Shown piece after piece: positions 46,285 to 58,300 of a DNA stretch of 64,000 bases. The stretch comes from Macrostomum lignano (lineage: Eukaryota). The stretch spans positions 434,001-498,000 of the forward strand of contig NIVC01000004.1 in the NCBI GenBank assembly GCA_002269645.1, written 5' to 3'. The notes under the pieces are model-generated. The model searched no databases. It saw only the letters and a list, made by a program, of their open reading frames with translations, and was not told the DNA's origin. Position 1 is the stretch's first letter. The number at the start of each line of letters is the position of its first letter. A program made the translations under genes and the position numbers.

Positions 46285-47578
46285 GGGTCATGTCATGACC
46301 TGGCAGACTGTGCAGAATCGACTCTGATTAGAAAGCTGCATTTGCGTCTCTCATTTTTTACCCTTCCACGAGAACGCAGAAAAAATTTGGTCTGTTTGTT
46401 TTGTGCTTTCTGTGCCAGCCAGTGACGGGCAGACTGCCTGCCCAGCCGGGTTACCATGCAGGTCTGCAGAGATAGAAGAGATTGCTATTTTGCCTTCCAG
46501 CGTGGCATTATCCAGCGTGGCACAGGGGTCTGCGGAATGCTTGCGTTGTACTGTTAGCCCTATAGCACCCAGCTGTCATAATAAATCATTCAACTTGGCC
46601 TGGGTCTTGCCCGACTGCCCTATCTCCGAACCCAGTTTGATAGCACAGCCCGAGATACAGCTCTGCCTGTGATAAAGCTGGACAGCAGCAGTCACACGAA
46701 ACTATTTTTAAATCAATCTTCAGGGATCACTGAAGGTTAAAAAGGTTTTTAGCTCACTCGCTGAGCTCTTAGGAACTTTTCCGGTGGCAAAAATGCAGCT
46801 TTCATACGCATTTGTTCACTTACAACTGAGTATCCAAATTGTTTTAATCACAATTCGCAACACAAAAAAAGTGTTTAAACTTTGATATTGTTTACAGATG
46901 CGAGCTTCTTTACACTTAATCGAATTCTTTTAACAAATGTGACCGAAGGTGACCACCAAACAGAGTCAATCCAGATTAAATTAAAGAAGGCCCATTTGTA
47001 AGAAAAATTAAAGGTTTTTAAGGAAAATCGCATAGTTGTAAAATCTTCAAACCAGTAAAGCATTTGATATTTTTTTAATACGATACATTTAGCAATAGAT
47101 TTATAGACAAAGCCACTCGTCAGGGCACTGTTAAACAACGTACTCGTTCTTACAGGCAAGTTCGAGTGAGTGCAGACGAGCTGCACTGCTTTTAATCACT
47201 GATCTTATGGTAAAATGGCGTGTAATTTTGTTTCTATTCAGTTCAGGAATGTCAATACAAGCGTACAAGATTTCAAGACGCGTCCAATCAGTAGGAGCTG
47301 AATTATATATTAATCGCTGGTAAATTTATTTGACCAAAACTTAATTAACCTTAAAGTAATTATATGGTAGTGTACAGGTTAAGCTTACGCACCCTATCAA
47401 CGCCCCACAGGGTCCTTGAAAAAAAACAAACCGTAGTAAATTAAAAAGTTTTTTTGAACGTTCAGGAAATAGGAAAATGTTACAAAAAGTATGGCATATT
47501 ATAGGTTTAACATATTGAGAATTAGTCGATTCCAAAAGAAGCAAAATCATTCAGCGTAAACTCGGCCATGTGTGCCAA

Positions 47579-49093
47579 TCAGCGGGGGCGAAACAGCAGC
47601 CTGTGCTCGCCAGGCGTGCGCAAGCCAGAGATGAAGCCCTTCACTATTTTGGCCTCCTTGCCGACAAACTCAGGAGCCAGGGAGACCCGGTAGCGCTGCA
47701 TGATGGCGGTGAACATGAGGAACACCTCCATTCGAGCCAGACCCTCTCCTGGGCATGCCCGTCGACCAATAAGAAAAGGGACGTTCTTGCCTGGGCCAGT
47801 GAAGACTCCCTTCTGGTCGAGGAAGTGCTCAGGATAAAACTCGTTCGGCTTCGACCAGATTCGGGGATCATGGTTGGAAATGTAAGCACACGGGAAAATG
47901 ACAGCATCCTTTGGAATTCTGTACCCATTAAAGACGGCTTCGCTCTTCGCACGATGAAATGGGCCAACAACAGCTAGCGACACGAATCGATAGGCCTCTT
48001 CAATTACTGCGTTTGTAAAGTGCAGCTTCGGCTTGTCCGATGTTTGCACTCGTCTGTCCGAGCCAACCTCTTGGTCAAGCTCGCTCTGCACCTTGCTCTG
48101 GATGTCCGGGTGGGTTGCCATCAGGACGAAGAGCCACTCCAGAGATCGCGCTGTCGTGTCTGTGCCAGCCATGAAAAACTCGAGAATTACTCGAATGATT
48201 TGCAGTTCCTTGTAGCTTTCAAAGTCGCCAAGCTTCTCAGCCTTCCGTTTCTCCTGAATGTACACATCGCAGAGGCACTCGGGCTCCATAGATTCGTCAA
48301 CCAAGATTGACTCGCGGATGTGGATCTGCTCGCGAATGAACTCGTGGAATTCGAGGACAAGCTGAATGAACTTGTCTGCTGAAGGCAAAATGCGCGTAAT
48401 CGGGTCCAAGTAAGGAAACAGAAGCGGCAGCGAAAGAAACAGGGGTGTCTCGAAGAACGATTTTATTGCTCTGTTGAGAAATTTAAATTCGGCCTCGTCC
48501 TGCTTGAAGCGACGGTTGATAGTGAGTTGCGCGATGACCCCGTTCGTTGCCTCTGTGAACGCGTCAATAACTCGCAGGCTCTGCTTCTCCTCGACGGATT
48601 TCTCAAGAAGCTGGAAGATGAGGTCAAGCTGTACGTCGACCATCTCAGCAGATCGAGTTCTAGCGAATCCGAAGTCTCGTAGACTCTTCAGAGCAAGCCG
48701 GCGCTGCCGGGTCCATGATTCGCCCTCCGTGTTGAAAATACCGCATCCCTGAATCAGCCGTTCCAGGAACGGTGGCCTGGGCCGAGCCGCATAGTTGTCG
48801 TCATTCATCATTTCCTTGAGCATGTCGTAGTTGCCGATGGCGATCATCAGCTGCGAACCCATTCGAAACGAGATGATGTCACCGTATTTGTTAACCATCT
48901 GCTCGATGCAAAGGTGCAATTGACTTGGGTGAAGCCATGGCAAACGGCCCACAACAGGCAGTCCGATGGGACCAGGAGGTAGATCTCTCGACCGGTACCA
49001 CTGGTAGGCTCCGTAACAACCAAGCAGTGCAACAGGCATGCCGATGCCGAGGGCCATCTTGTTGTCCATACTAGACGACAGTAGGTGAGCCAT
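47579..49093 (-). CDS. Cytochrome P450, clan 2-like, intronless, 504 aa (copy B)
   Basis: LPPGPIGLP, WTRQRR, AGTDTT, EEAYR, FYPEHFL, PFLIGRRACPGEGLA. Confidence 0.95.
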   Translation of the reverse strand: MAHLLSSSMDNKMALGIGMPVALLGCYGAYQWYRSRDLPPGPIGLPVVGRLPWLHPSQLHLCIEQMVNKYGDIISFRMGSQLMIAIGNYDMLKEMMNDDNYAARPRPPFLERLIQGCGIFNTEGESWTRQRRLALKSLRDFGFARTRSAEMVDVQLDLIFQLLEKSVEEKQSLRVIDAFTEATNGVIAQLTINRRFKQDEAEFKFLNRAIKSFFETPLFLSLPLLFPYLDPITRILPSADKFIQLVLEFHEFIREQIHIRESILVDESMEPECLCDVYIQEKRKAEKLGDFESYKELQIIRVILEFFMAGTDTTARSLEWLFVLMATHPDIQSKVQSELDQEVGSDRRVQTSDKPKLHFTNAVIEEAYRFVSLAVVGPFHRAKSEAVFNGYRIPKDAVIFPCAYISNHDPRIWSKPNEFYPEHFLDQKGVFTGPGKNVPFLIGRRACPGEGLARMEVFLMFTAIMQRYRVSLAPEFVGKEAKIVKGFISGLRTPGEHRLLFRPR

Positions 49094-49604
49094 TGTTGAC
49101 CACGTTGAGTGACTTTCAAGCTGCTTCACCGAGTCAGCAAATATCAATAGTTAATTTGTGTTTTTTTCGGAGCAGCAGTCTGTTTTTTATTCAGCCAGTG
49201 GCGGTGCTTGACTTAGCCCCAGCCCACCCTGCGAGGGACGCCCGTCTCAGTCTGTCCTGCCACTGCATTCATTGGAGGGTTGAATGCCCACTTGCGTACA
49301 GCAACTTTTCCCCGGTATCAGAATGCATGCACACTGTCCATTCGTGTACAGCGCAAACCGTACAGTCAACTGCTGCGGGCCGTGGCAAGATTATTGTGTA
49401 CTTTTATTTCTCTACCAATTAACAACAGCTAAATGTTCATTACTATCTCTCTCTTCATTCATATTCATAGCATCGATAATATTTACGCCATCGTTATTGC
49501 TAGCTTGTATGAAAAAATTATTTACCTAGTCTCACGATTGTAATGATTCACTAACCGCATGATTATTTGCATGCTGCGGGAAAATTCGTTCACTCGGTCA
49601 TCTG

Positions 49605-50511
49605 GGGCCCGTGCTATAGAATCAGGAGTTAGAAGTTAGGAGCTAGGACTCAAGAGTACTCTTGACAAGGAGTGATTGAATTTTGTGTGCTATAGATTTC
49701 AGGAGTTAAGAGTTTGGAGCTAGGAGTTCTTGCAAGGAGTGCAGCCTAGGAGTTGGGGTGTGTTCAAGGAGTGTTGCGCAATCGTTTAAGGATGATAGAG
49801 AATTGTGTGCTATATCACAATCTAACTTTACGGTCCTTAAGGATTGAATCTCAGGAGTGAAAATGCAAATTGCTCAAAAAATATCATTTGTGAGAGCTGT
49901 CGCTGCACGCAAAGAGGTTCTCTTTGGTGCGTTTAGTACAACCATAACTAAGAATGCGAAGATTGCTATGTGGCAAGACGTGATATTGGAATGCCGTGAA
50001 AAGTTTGGTACTAAGATGTTCGATTCTGTGTCGAATTCTATCTGTTAGGCTTGAAAGCTGGATCTCGTTAAGTCTAAAACGCATAGCGCTCTCGGCTGGA
50101 TCTTACGAGATCGGCTGGTCTATCATTGACTCCTTCCTCATCAGAATCCGATTCGCTGTCCGAAAACATTATAATCCTAGCTTGTCTAAGAGTGAAAATT
50201 GGCCCTTGAACTCTTGCTTAGGAGTCAATTGAGTTAGGAGCGAAATTTTCTCATTCTTTAGGACACGCGCTCCTAGAATGACTCCTAAAAGCCAACTCCT
50301 AGCTCCTAGCTCCTAGACTTCCTCTCCTAATTCTATAGCATGCCACGGACCTTAATGAGGTCTCCTAAATTCACCCAGGAGTCTCCTAACGTCCTTAAGG
50401 AGCCTCCTAGCTCTTAAAATTTACTCTTGATTCTATAGCACAGAAAAGCCAGCTAGGAGTTAGGACACTCTTAAGGATTTAGGAGTTAAGAGTATTCTAT
50501 AGCACGGGCCC
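49605..50511 (+). mobile_element. PIF/Harbinger deletion derivative (907 bp) with Myb/SANT-like ORF fragment
   Basis: Perfect 18-bp TIRs GGGCCCGTGCTATAGAAT (49605-49622 / 50494-50511); 3-bp TSD CTG on both sides; 49863-50048 encodes AVAARKEVLFGAFSTTITKNAKIAMWQDV (Myb_DNA-bind_5-like). Confidence 0.88.
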
Positions 50512-51852
50512 CTGCATAAGCGTGTTTAAGTATTCTCAGCAGCATTGAAAAGTCGCCACTCTATGCGCCAGTGAGCGATTTCTGTTGGACTGTTCTGAAA
50601 TAAAAGATACGAGAAAACTGATCGAGGTAGCTTTAGTCCGTCCAACCCTCGCACACCGCTCCCCCACTCCATTCCTCAACTCAAGTCTGCCGCGGCGTAG
50701 CTGAGTTGCGTCACTCGCAACATTGAGTGAGACTTTCCCTGCACTCTCAAAAGTAACGACCACAGACGGTCCAATCTTCTGCGATCTTCGGCGTTGCTGA
50801 AATGGCATGGCAGCTATGACCTCAACTATGATTCTTCTCAAATTCGTCTTGTCAAATTGTCTAGAACGGAAGTTGCCTAATGATATTAAAATTGCGTTGC
50901 ATTACTCCTTTATACATTTTGTATCTCTTACGTCTGTCAAATCATAAAATCATGAGCAGGTTACGTAACTTTCTTTTCTTTGGAAACATGAGCAGCTACG
51001 TGTATATCTTTCAATAGGTGGCAAACAATTAAGGCTTTTGAAGTTGGCATCAAACTTTGCTTTATGTTTATTTTTGCTTCTAATGCCTGCCCCCACACGT
51101 TGGCTTCAGATGGGGCCTCAGCTCAGTTTGTACACTTTCGAGTACTGAGCAAATGAGACAGCCTTCTCTCCTACTGATTGTCTTATCTCAATGAGACACT
51201 GGCCTCGACTGTGCCACGATGGCAGTGCCAGCGTGGAGGCCCAGGCCAAGAGTGCATGCTTTGACATTTTCTGAACCTATAGCACTCACCTACTTTCAGC
51301 CGTTGCCCTCATTTGGCAAGCAGCTTTCAGCTTTCCCACATGCAGCTGCGTGAAGCCAAGTATTGTTAAATCACTTTGCAAAACAAGAGAGAAAGCGTTA
51401 GAATTTATTTTTCATAAATCTTCTTTAAAGAATTTTAAACAGAGCATTAAAATATGTAATTTTTAATAACATACAATAAAATACAATTATACCGTAGTTG
51501 CCATCATTTATTCAGTTTTCGAGATAAGTAAAAGTAATGTTAAATAGCTTTTACAATTAAAATCAGTTGGTAAAGCTCCATACTGTTATTAATAGTTTTA
51601 CTAATCACAGTGTATGATTCCTAGTGCAAGCGGGGCACCTTGATGGCCCGCATCAGTATTTCAGCACAAGATTCAGTGTTCGTATCGCGATACACAGCGT
51701 AGAATAATTTTTTATTGAGTCCCATCTTACGAGACTTAACGCAAAAAGGCTTGATTGTAATTTTAAACATAAAATCTAAATAGAAGCAGGACCGAAAATC
51801 TTAAAAAAGTCCATATGAATTGGTCATCAGCACGATGCAGCCTGTCCAATCT

Positions 51853-53364
51853 TCATCGCCGTTCGAAAACAAGTTTGTGCTCCCCTGGCTTTCGCAGTAT
51901 CCCAAGAGATCCTTTGAGAATCTCAGCTTCTCTGCCGACGAATTCCGGAGCCAGGGAGACCCGGTAGCGCTGCATGATGGCGGTGAACATGAGGAACACC
52001 TCCATCCGAGCCAGACCCTCTCCTGCGCAAGCTCGTCGACCAATGAGAAAAGGAACGTTCTTGCCTGGGCCAGTGAAGACTCCCTTCTGGTCGAGGAAGT
52101 GCTCAGGATAAAACTCGTCCGGCTTCGCCCAGACTCGAGGATCGTGGTTGGAAGCATACACGCAGGGTATGATGATCGTATCCTTGGGAATTCTGTATCC
52201 ATGGAAGACGGCTTCGCTCTGTGCGCGATGGAAAGCTCCGACAGCGGCGAGAGAGAGAAACCGGTAAGCCTCCTCAATGACAGCAGTGTTAAAGTTCAGG
52301 CTGGGCTTATCTGACGTCTGGGTGCGTCTGTCCGAGCCAACCTCTTTGTCAAGCTCGCTGTGCACCTTCTTCTGGATGGCCGGGTGCATTGACATCAATA
52401 TGAAGAGCCACTCTAAAGAACGCGCAGTAGTGTCAGTTCCAGCCAGGAAGAACTCCAGAACAACTCTGACGATCTGAAGTTCTCGAAACGTTTCAAAGTC
52501 GCCAATTTTTTCGGCCTTTCTCTTTTCTTGGATGTACACGTCGCAAAGACACTCCGGCTCCATCGAATCGTCGATCAAGATGGACTCCCGAATCCGGATC
52601 TGCTCACGTATGAACACGTGCAGTTTCAGCATTAGGTTTGTAAAAATATTTGTTGCTGGCATTAGTTTAACAAAAATATTCATCCATGGAAAGAACAGCG
52701 GCAGATTAACAACCACTGGGGTGTCAAAAAAGGTTTTGAGTGCTGTATTAAAAAACTCGAATTCCTTCTCATCTCTTCTGAAGCGTCGGTTGAGAGTGAG
52801 TTGCGCGATGACCCCGTTCGTTGCCTCTGTGAAAGCTTCGAGAACTCGCAGGCTCTGCTTCTCCTCGATGGATTTCTCAAGAAGCTGGAAGATGATGTCA
52901 AGCTGAACGTCAACCATCTCAGCAGACCGAGTTCTAGCGAATCCGAAGTCTCGTAGACTCTTCAGAGCAAGCCGACGCTGTTGAGTCCACATTTCTCCCT
53001 CGGAAAGGAATATTCCACATCCTTCAGTCACACGCTTGAGGAATGGCGCATTCGGTTTTCCAGTAAAGGTGTCGTCATTCAGCATCTTCTTTAGGAGGTC
53101 ATAGTTACAAACTGCTACCATTAGCTGGGATCCCATTCGAAACGAAATCACGTCGCCGTACTTTTTTGACATTTGTTCGACGCATAGGTGCAACTGATTC
53201 GGATCTAGCCATGGCAATCGACCAACGATGGGAAGCCCGATAGGACCTGGCGGTAGATCTCTTGACCGGTACCATTGATAGGCCCCGTAGCAACCAAGCA
53301 GTGCAACAGGGAGACCGATGCTGAGGGCCGTCTTGTTGTCAATACTCGACAGCAGGTGCGTCAT
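51853..53364 (-). CDS. Cytochrome P450, clan 2-like, intronless, 503 aa (copy C)
   Basis: LPPGPIGLP, WTQQRR, AGTDTT, EEAYR, FYPEHFL, PFLIGRRACAGEGLA. Confidence 0.95.
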   Translation of the reverse strand: MTHLLSSIDNKTALSIGLPVALLGCYGAYQWYRSRDLPPGPIGLPIVGRLPWLDPNQLHLCVEQMSKKYGDVISFRMGSQLMVAVCNYDLLKKMLNDDTFTGKPNAPFLKRVTEGCGIFLSEGEMWTQQRRLALKSLRDFGFARTRSAEMVDVQLDIIFQLLEKSIEEKQSLRVLEAFTEATNGVIAQLTLNRRFRRDEKEFEFFNTALKTFFDTPVVVNLPLFFPWMNIFVKLMPATNIFTNLMLKLHVFIREQIRIRESILIDDSMEPECLCDVYIQEKRKAEKIGDFETFRELQIVRVVLEFFLAGTDTTARSLEWLFILMSMHPAIQKKVHSELDKEVGSDRRTQTSDKPSLNFNTAVIEEAYRFLSLAAVGAFHRAQSEAVFHGYRIPKDTIIIPCVYASNHDPRVWAKPDEFYPEHFLDQKGVFTGPGKNVPFLIGRRACAGEGLARMEVFLMFTAIMQRYRVSLAPEFVGREAEILKGSLGILRKPGEHKLVFERR

Positions 53365-53806
53365 TTCGATCTGATGTCCACGATTTTCGATAGACAGGTA
53401 GACTTACATGGGAAGCTACGAAGTATTCGTATTTCTAGACTCAATGCCAAATCTGGTGTTCACCTTTGTTCAGGCAGGTAGAGGTTTTTGGTAAACCCTT
53501 AAACAATTCTATCGGGCTAAAAGAGTTTCTGCAACTTTTTCTGCACTCTTCCAAATTGCACGCATTGAATTACGAACACACGCGCCTCACAACAATTTAT
53601 TAAAACTACGAAATACGGCTGCAAGCTTGGCGTGGCCAACCACTGACCGCTCGAATTCATATTTGTCAGCTGAAACTATCTTTAACTCGTATTCGTCACG
53701 TGATAAATTTGTCTCAGCTTTTGCTCTGGGTTCGGTAAATTACTGGTAGCTAGCATTTTCTCTGTCTTTCTGCTCGCAGGTGCACAACATTTAATGAAAC
53801 TTGACA

Positions 53807-54157
53807 AGCTTTAAACGTTGTAATGTAAAGCGAGGCAAGAACCCCCAAACTCTATAGCTTTCAACTAAAATGGCTGCATGAAAATAGAGACGAATAAAGC
53901 TGCTGACTTGAGTCAGAAAATGCGGTGAGAGGCCCACCTAAAAAGGCTAGCAGGCGGAGGGGGTGGGGGCCAGCCCCCACCCCACACAGATGTACAGAGA
54001 CCGCAAGGGGCGGGCTGATCACTAAAGCCGGTTTGCACAGGCGCAAGCACCCATGCAAATTAAAGCAGCTTTAAACGTTGTAATGTAAAGCGAGGCAAGA
54101 ACCCCCAAACTCTATAGCTTTTAACTAAAATGGCTGCATGAAAATAAAGCTGCTGAC
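53807..54157. repeat. ~90-100-bp direct duplication with 260-bp period
   Basis: AGCTTTAAACGTTGTAATG...AAAGCTGCTGAC at 53807-53907 and 54067-54157. Confidence 0.9.
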
Positions 54158-54589
54158 CAAGTGTGAGTGACAGTCACCTTGTAGTGTACGCCCCCTCTAG
54201 GCCTTTTCTCTTCTCTCTCGACCTACCACTAGCACTGGCCCCAACAACTATTGCGTAACTTTGTAGTCGCACGTCGGCAATGGCTAAATAATAAATCAAA
54301 TATATAGTCCGCGAGACCATGCTTGTTTACGCGCACAAGTGCACTACACACCTGGACTAAGAAAATGCGTGTTTTCAACTGGTATACGAGCTATAAGATT
54401 GGGGATAGGCAAAAGCAAGAGCACCCATTCGGATCTATCTGGATGTTTCTCTTAACTTGTCATCAAACACGACCCAATCGCAGTCTTTGATTGATCGCAC
54501 AACAGCACTTAGCAGCTCGTATTGGACTGCCAGTGGCACTTATAGAATGTGGCGGTTACAGATGATACAACAAGAGGAATCTTCTGAGG

Positions 54590-55245
54590 GTGTCGCTAGC
54601 TGAGGGTGTCGCTAGCTGAGGGAGTCGCTAGCTGAGGGTGTCACTAGCTGAGGGAGTCGCTAGCTGAGGGTGTCGCTAGCTGAGGGTGTCGCTAGCTGAG
54701 GGAGTCGCTAGCTGAGGGAGTCGCTAGCTGAGGGTGTCGCTAGCTGAGGGAGTCGCTAGCTGAGGGAGTCGCTAGCTGAGGGTGTCGCTAGCTGAGGGAG
54801 TCGCTAGCTGAGGGAGTCGCTAGCTGAGGGAGTCGCTAGCTGAGGGAGTCGCTAGCTGAGGGAGTCGCTAGCTGAGGGTGTCACTAGCTGAGTGTCACTA
54901 GCTGAGGGAGTCGCTAGCTGAGGGAGTCGCTAGCTGAGGGTGTCACTAGCTGAGTGTCACTAGCTGAGGGAGTCGCTAGCTGAGGGAGTCGCTAGCTGAG
55001 GGTGTCACTAGCTGAGGGAGTCGCTAGCTGAGGGAGTCGCTAGCTGAGGGTGTCACTAGCTGAGTGTCACTAGCTGAGGGAGTCGCTAGCTGAGGGAGTC
55101 GCTAGCTGAGGGTGTCACTAGCTGAGTGTCACTAGCTGAGGGAGTCGCTAGCTGAGGGAGGCGCTAGCTGAGGGTGTCACTAGCTGAGTGTCACTAGCTG
55201 AGGGAGTCGCTAGCTGAGAGAGTCGCTAGCTGAGGGTGTCGCAGT
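54590..55245. repeat. 17-bp (13-bp variant) minisatellite GCTAGCTGAGGGAGTC(G)
   Basis: Direct reading. Confidence 0.96.
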
Positions 55246-55382
55246 CTGAGTTAGCCATAAGAGCATTCACAGACAGCATCTAAAATTGTTATTATTTCTG
55301 ATACGAAGTTTCCCAAAAAAAGTTATTCTACATAGCCATTTAATATGAACAGGGATGTTATACCTTCTGCTTCTGTAAAGAC

Positions 55383-58300
55383 TATGATTCCAGTCTCGAT
55401 AGACTCTTCTATGACTAAGATTCCAGTCTCGATAGACTCTTCTATGACTATGATTCCAGTCTCGATAGACTCTTCTATGACTAAGATTCCAGTCTCGATA
55501 GACTCTTCTATGACTAAGATTCCAGTCTCGATAGACTCTTCTATGACTAAGATTCCAGTCTCGATAGACTCTTCTATGACTATGATTTCAGTCTCGATAG
55601 ACTCTTCTATGACTAAGATTCCAGTCTCGATAGACTCTTCTATGACTATGATTTCAGTCTCGATAGACTCTTCTATGACTAAGATTCCAGTCTCGATAGA
55701 CTCTTCTATGACTATGATTTCAGTCTCGATAGACTCTTCTGTGACTAAGATTCCAGTCTCGATAGACTCTTCTATGACTAAGATTCCAGTCTCGATAGAC
55801 TCTTCTATGACTATGATTTCAGTCTCGATAGACTCTTCTATGACTAAGATTCCAGTCTCGATAGACTCTTCTATGATGATTTCAGTCTCGATAGACTCTT
55901 CTATGACTAAGATTTCAGTCTCGATAGACTCTTCTATGACTATGATTTCAGTCTCGATAGACTCTTCTATGACTATGATTTCAGTCTCGATAGACTCTTC
56001 TATGACTATGATTTCAGTCTCGATAGACTCTTCTATGACTAAGATTCCAGTCTCGATAGACTCTTCTATGACTATGATTTCAGTCTCGATAGACTCTTCT
56101 ATGACTATGATTTCAGTCTCGATAGACTCTTCTATGACTAAGATTCCAGTCTCGATAGACTCTTCTATGACTATGATTTCAGTCTCGATAGACTCTTCTA
56201 TGACTATGATTTCAGTCTCGATAGACTCTTCTATGACTATGATTTCAGTCTCGATAGACTCTTCTATGACTATGATTTCAGTCTCGATAGACTCTTCTAT
56301 GAGTATGATTTCAGTCTCGATAGACTCTTCTATGACTAAGATTCCAGTCTCGATAGACTCTTCTATGACTATGATTTCAGTCTCGATAGACTCTTCTATG
56401 ACTAAGATTTCAGTCTCGATAGACTCTTCTATGACTATGATTCCAGTCTCGATAGACTCTTCTATGACTATGATTCCAGTCTCGATAGACTCTTCTATGA
56501 CTAAGATTCCAGTCTCGATAGACTCTTCTATGACTATGATTTCAGTCTCGATAGACTCTTCTATGACTAAGATTCCAGTCTCGATAGACTCTTCTATGAT
56601 GATTTCAGTCTCGATAGACTCTTCTATGATGATTTCAGTCTCGATAGACTCTTCTATGACTATGATTTCAGTCTCGATAGACTCTTTTATGATGATTTCA
56701 GTCTCGATAGACTCTTCTATGACTATGATTCCAGTCTCGATAGACTCTTCTATGACTATGATTTCAGTCTCGATAGACTCTTCTATGACTATGATTTCAG
56801 TCTCGATAGACTCTTCTATGACTATGATTTCAGTCTCGATAGACTCTTCTATGACTATGATTTCAGTCTCGATAGACTCTTCTATGACTAAGATTCCAGT
56901 CTCGATAGACTCTTCTATGACTATGATTCCAGTCTCGATAGACTTTTCTATGACTAAGATTTCAGTCTCGATAGACTCTTCTATGACTATGATTTCAGTC
57001 TCGATAGACTCTTCTATGATGATTTCAGTCTCGATAGACTCTTCTATGATGATTCCAGTCTCGATAGACTCTTCTATGACTATGATTTCAGTCTCGATAG
57101 ACTCTTCTATGACTATGATTTCAGTCTCGATAGACTCTTCTATGACTATGATTCCAGTCTCGATAGACTCTTCTATGATGATTCCAGTCTCGATAGACTC
57201 TTCTATGACTATGATTCCAGTCTCGATAGACTCTTCTATGACTATGATTCCAGTCTCGATCGACTCTTCTATGACTATGATTTCAGTCTCGATAGACTCT
57301 TCTATGACTAAGATTCCAGTCTCGATAGACTCTTCTATGACTAAGATTCCAGTCTCGATAGACTCTTCTATGACTATGATTTCAGTCTCGATAGACTCTT
57401 CTATGACTAAGATTCCTGTCCCGATAGACTCTTCTGTGACTAAGATTCCAGTCTCGATAGACTCTTCTATGACTATGATTTCAGTCTCGATAGACTCTTC
57501 TATGACTAAGATTCCCGTCTCGATAGACTCTTCTGTGACTAAGATTCCAGTCTCGATAGACTCTTCTATGACTAAGATTCCAGTCTCGATAGACTCTTCT
57601 GTGACTAAGATTCCAGTCTCGATAGACTCTTCTATGACTATGATTTCAGTCTCGATAGACTCTTCTGTGACTAAGATTCCCGTCTCGATAGACTCTTCTG
57701 TGACTAAGATTCCAGTCTCGATAGACTCTTCTATGACTAAGATTCCCGTCTCGATAGACTCTTCTGTGACTAAGATTCCAGTCTCGATAGACTCTTCTAT
57801 GACTAAGATTCCAGTCTCGATAGACTCTTCTGTGACTAAGATTCCAGTCTCGATAGACTCTTCTATGACTATGATTTCAGTCTCGATAGACTCTTCTGTG
57901 ACTAAGATTCCCGTCTCGATAGACTCTTCTGTGACTATGATTTCAGTCTCGATAGACTCTTCTATGACTATGATTCCAGTCTCGATAGACTCTTCTATGA
58001 CTATGATTCCAGTCTCGATAGACTCTTCTATGATGATTCCAGTCTCGATAGACTCTTCTATGACTATGATTCCAGTCTCGATAGACTCTTCTATGACTAT
58101 GATTTCAGTCTCGATAGACTCTTCTATGACTAAGATTCCAGTCTCGATAGACTCTTCTATGACTATGATTTCAGTCTCGATAGACTCTTCTATGACTAAG
58201 ATTCCAGTCTCGATAGACTCTTCTATGAGTATGATTTCAGTCTCGATAGACTCTTCTATGACTATGATTCCAGTCTCGATAGACTCTTTTATGACTATGA

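Noticed and set aside
43367-52913. Many short antisense or alternate-frame ORFs over the P450s (also over ILK, RASL10 and the transposase)
   Set aside because: Shadow ORFs of real genes.
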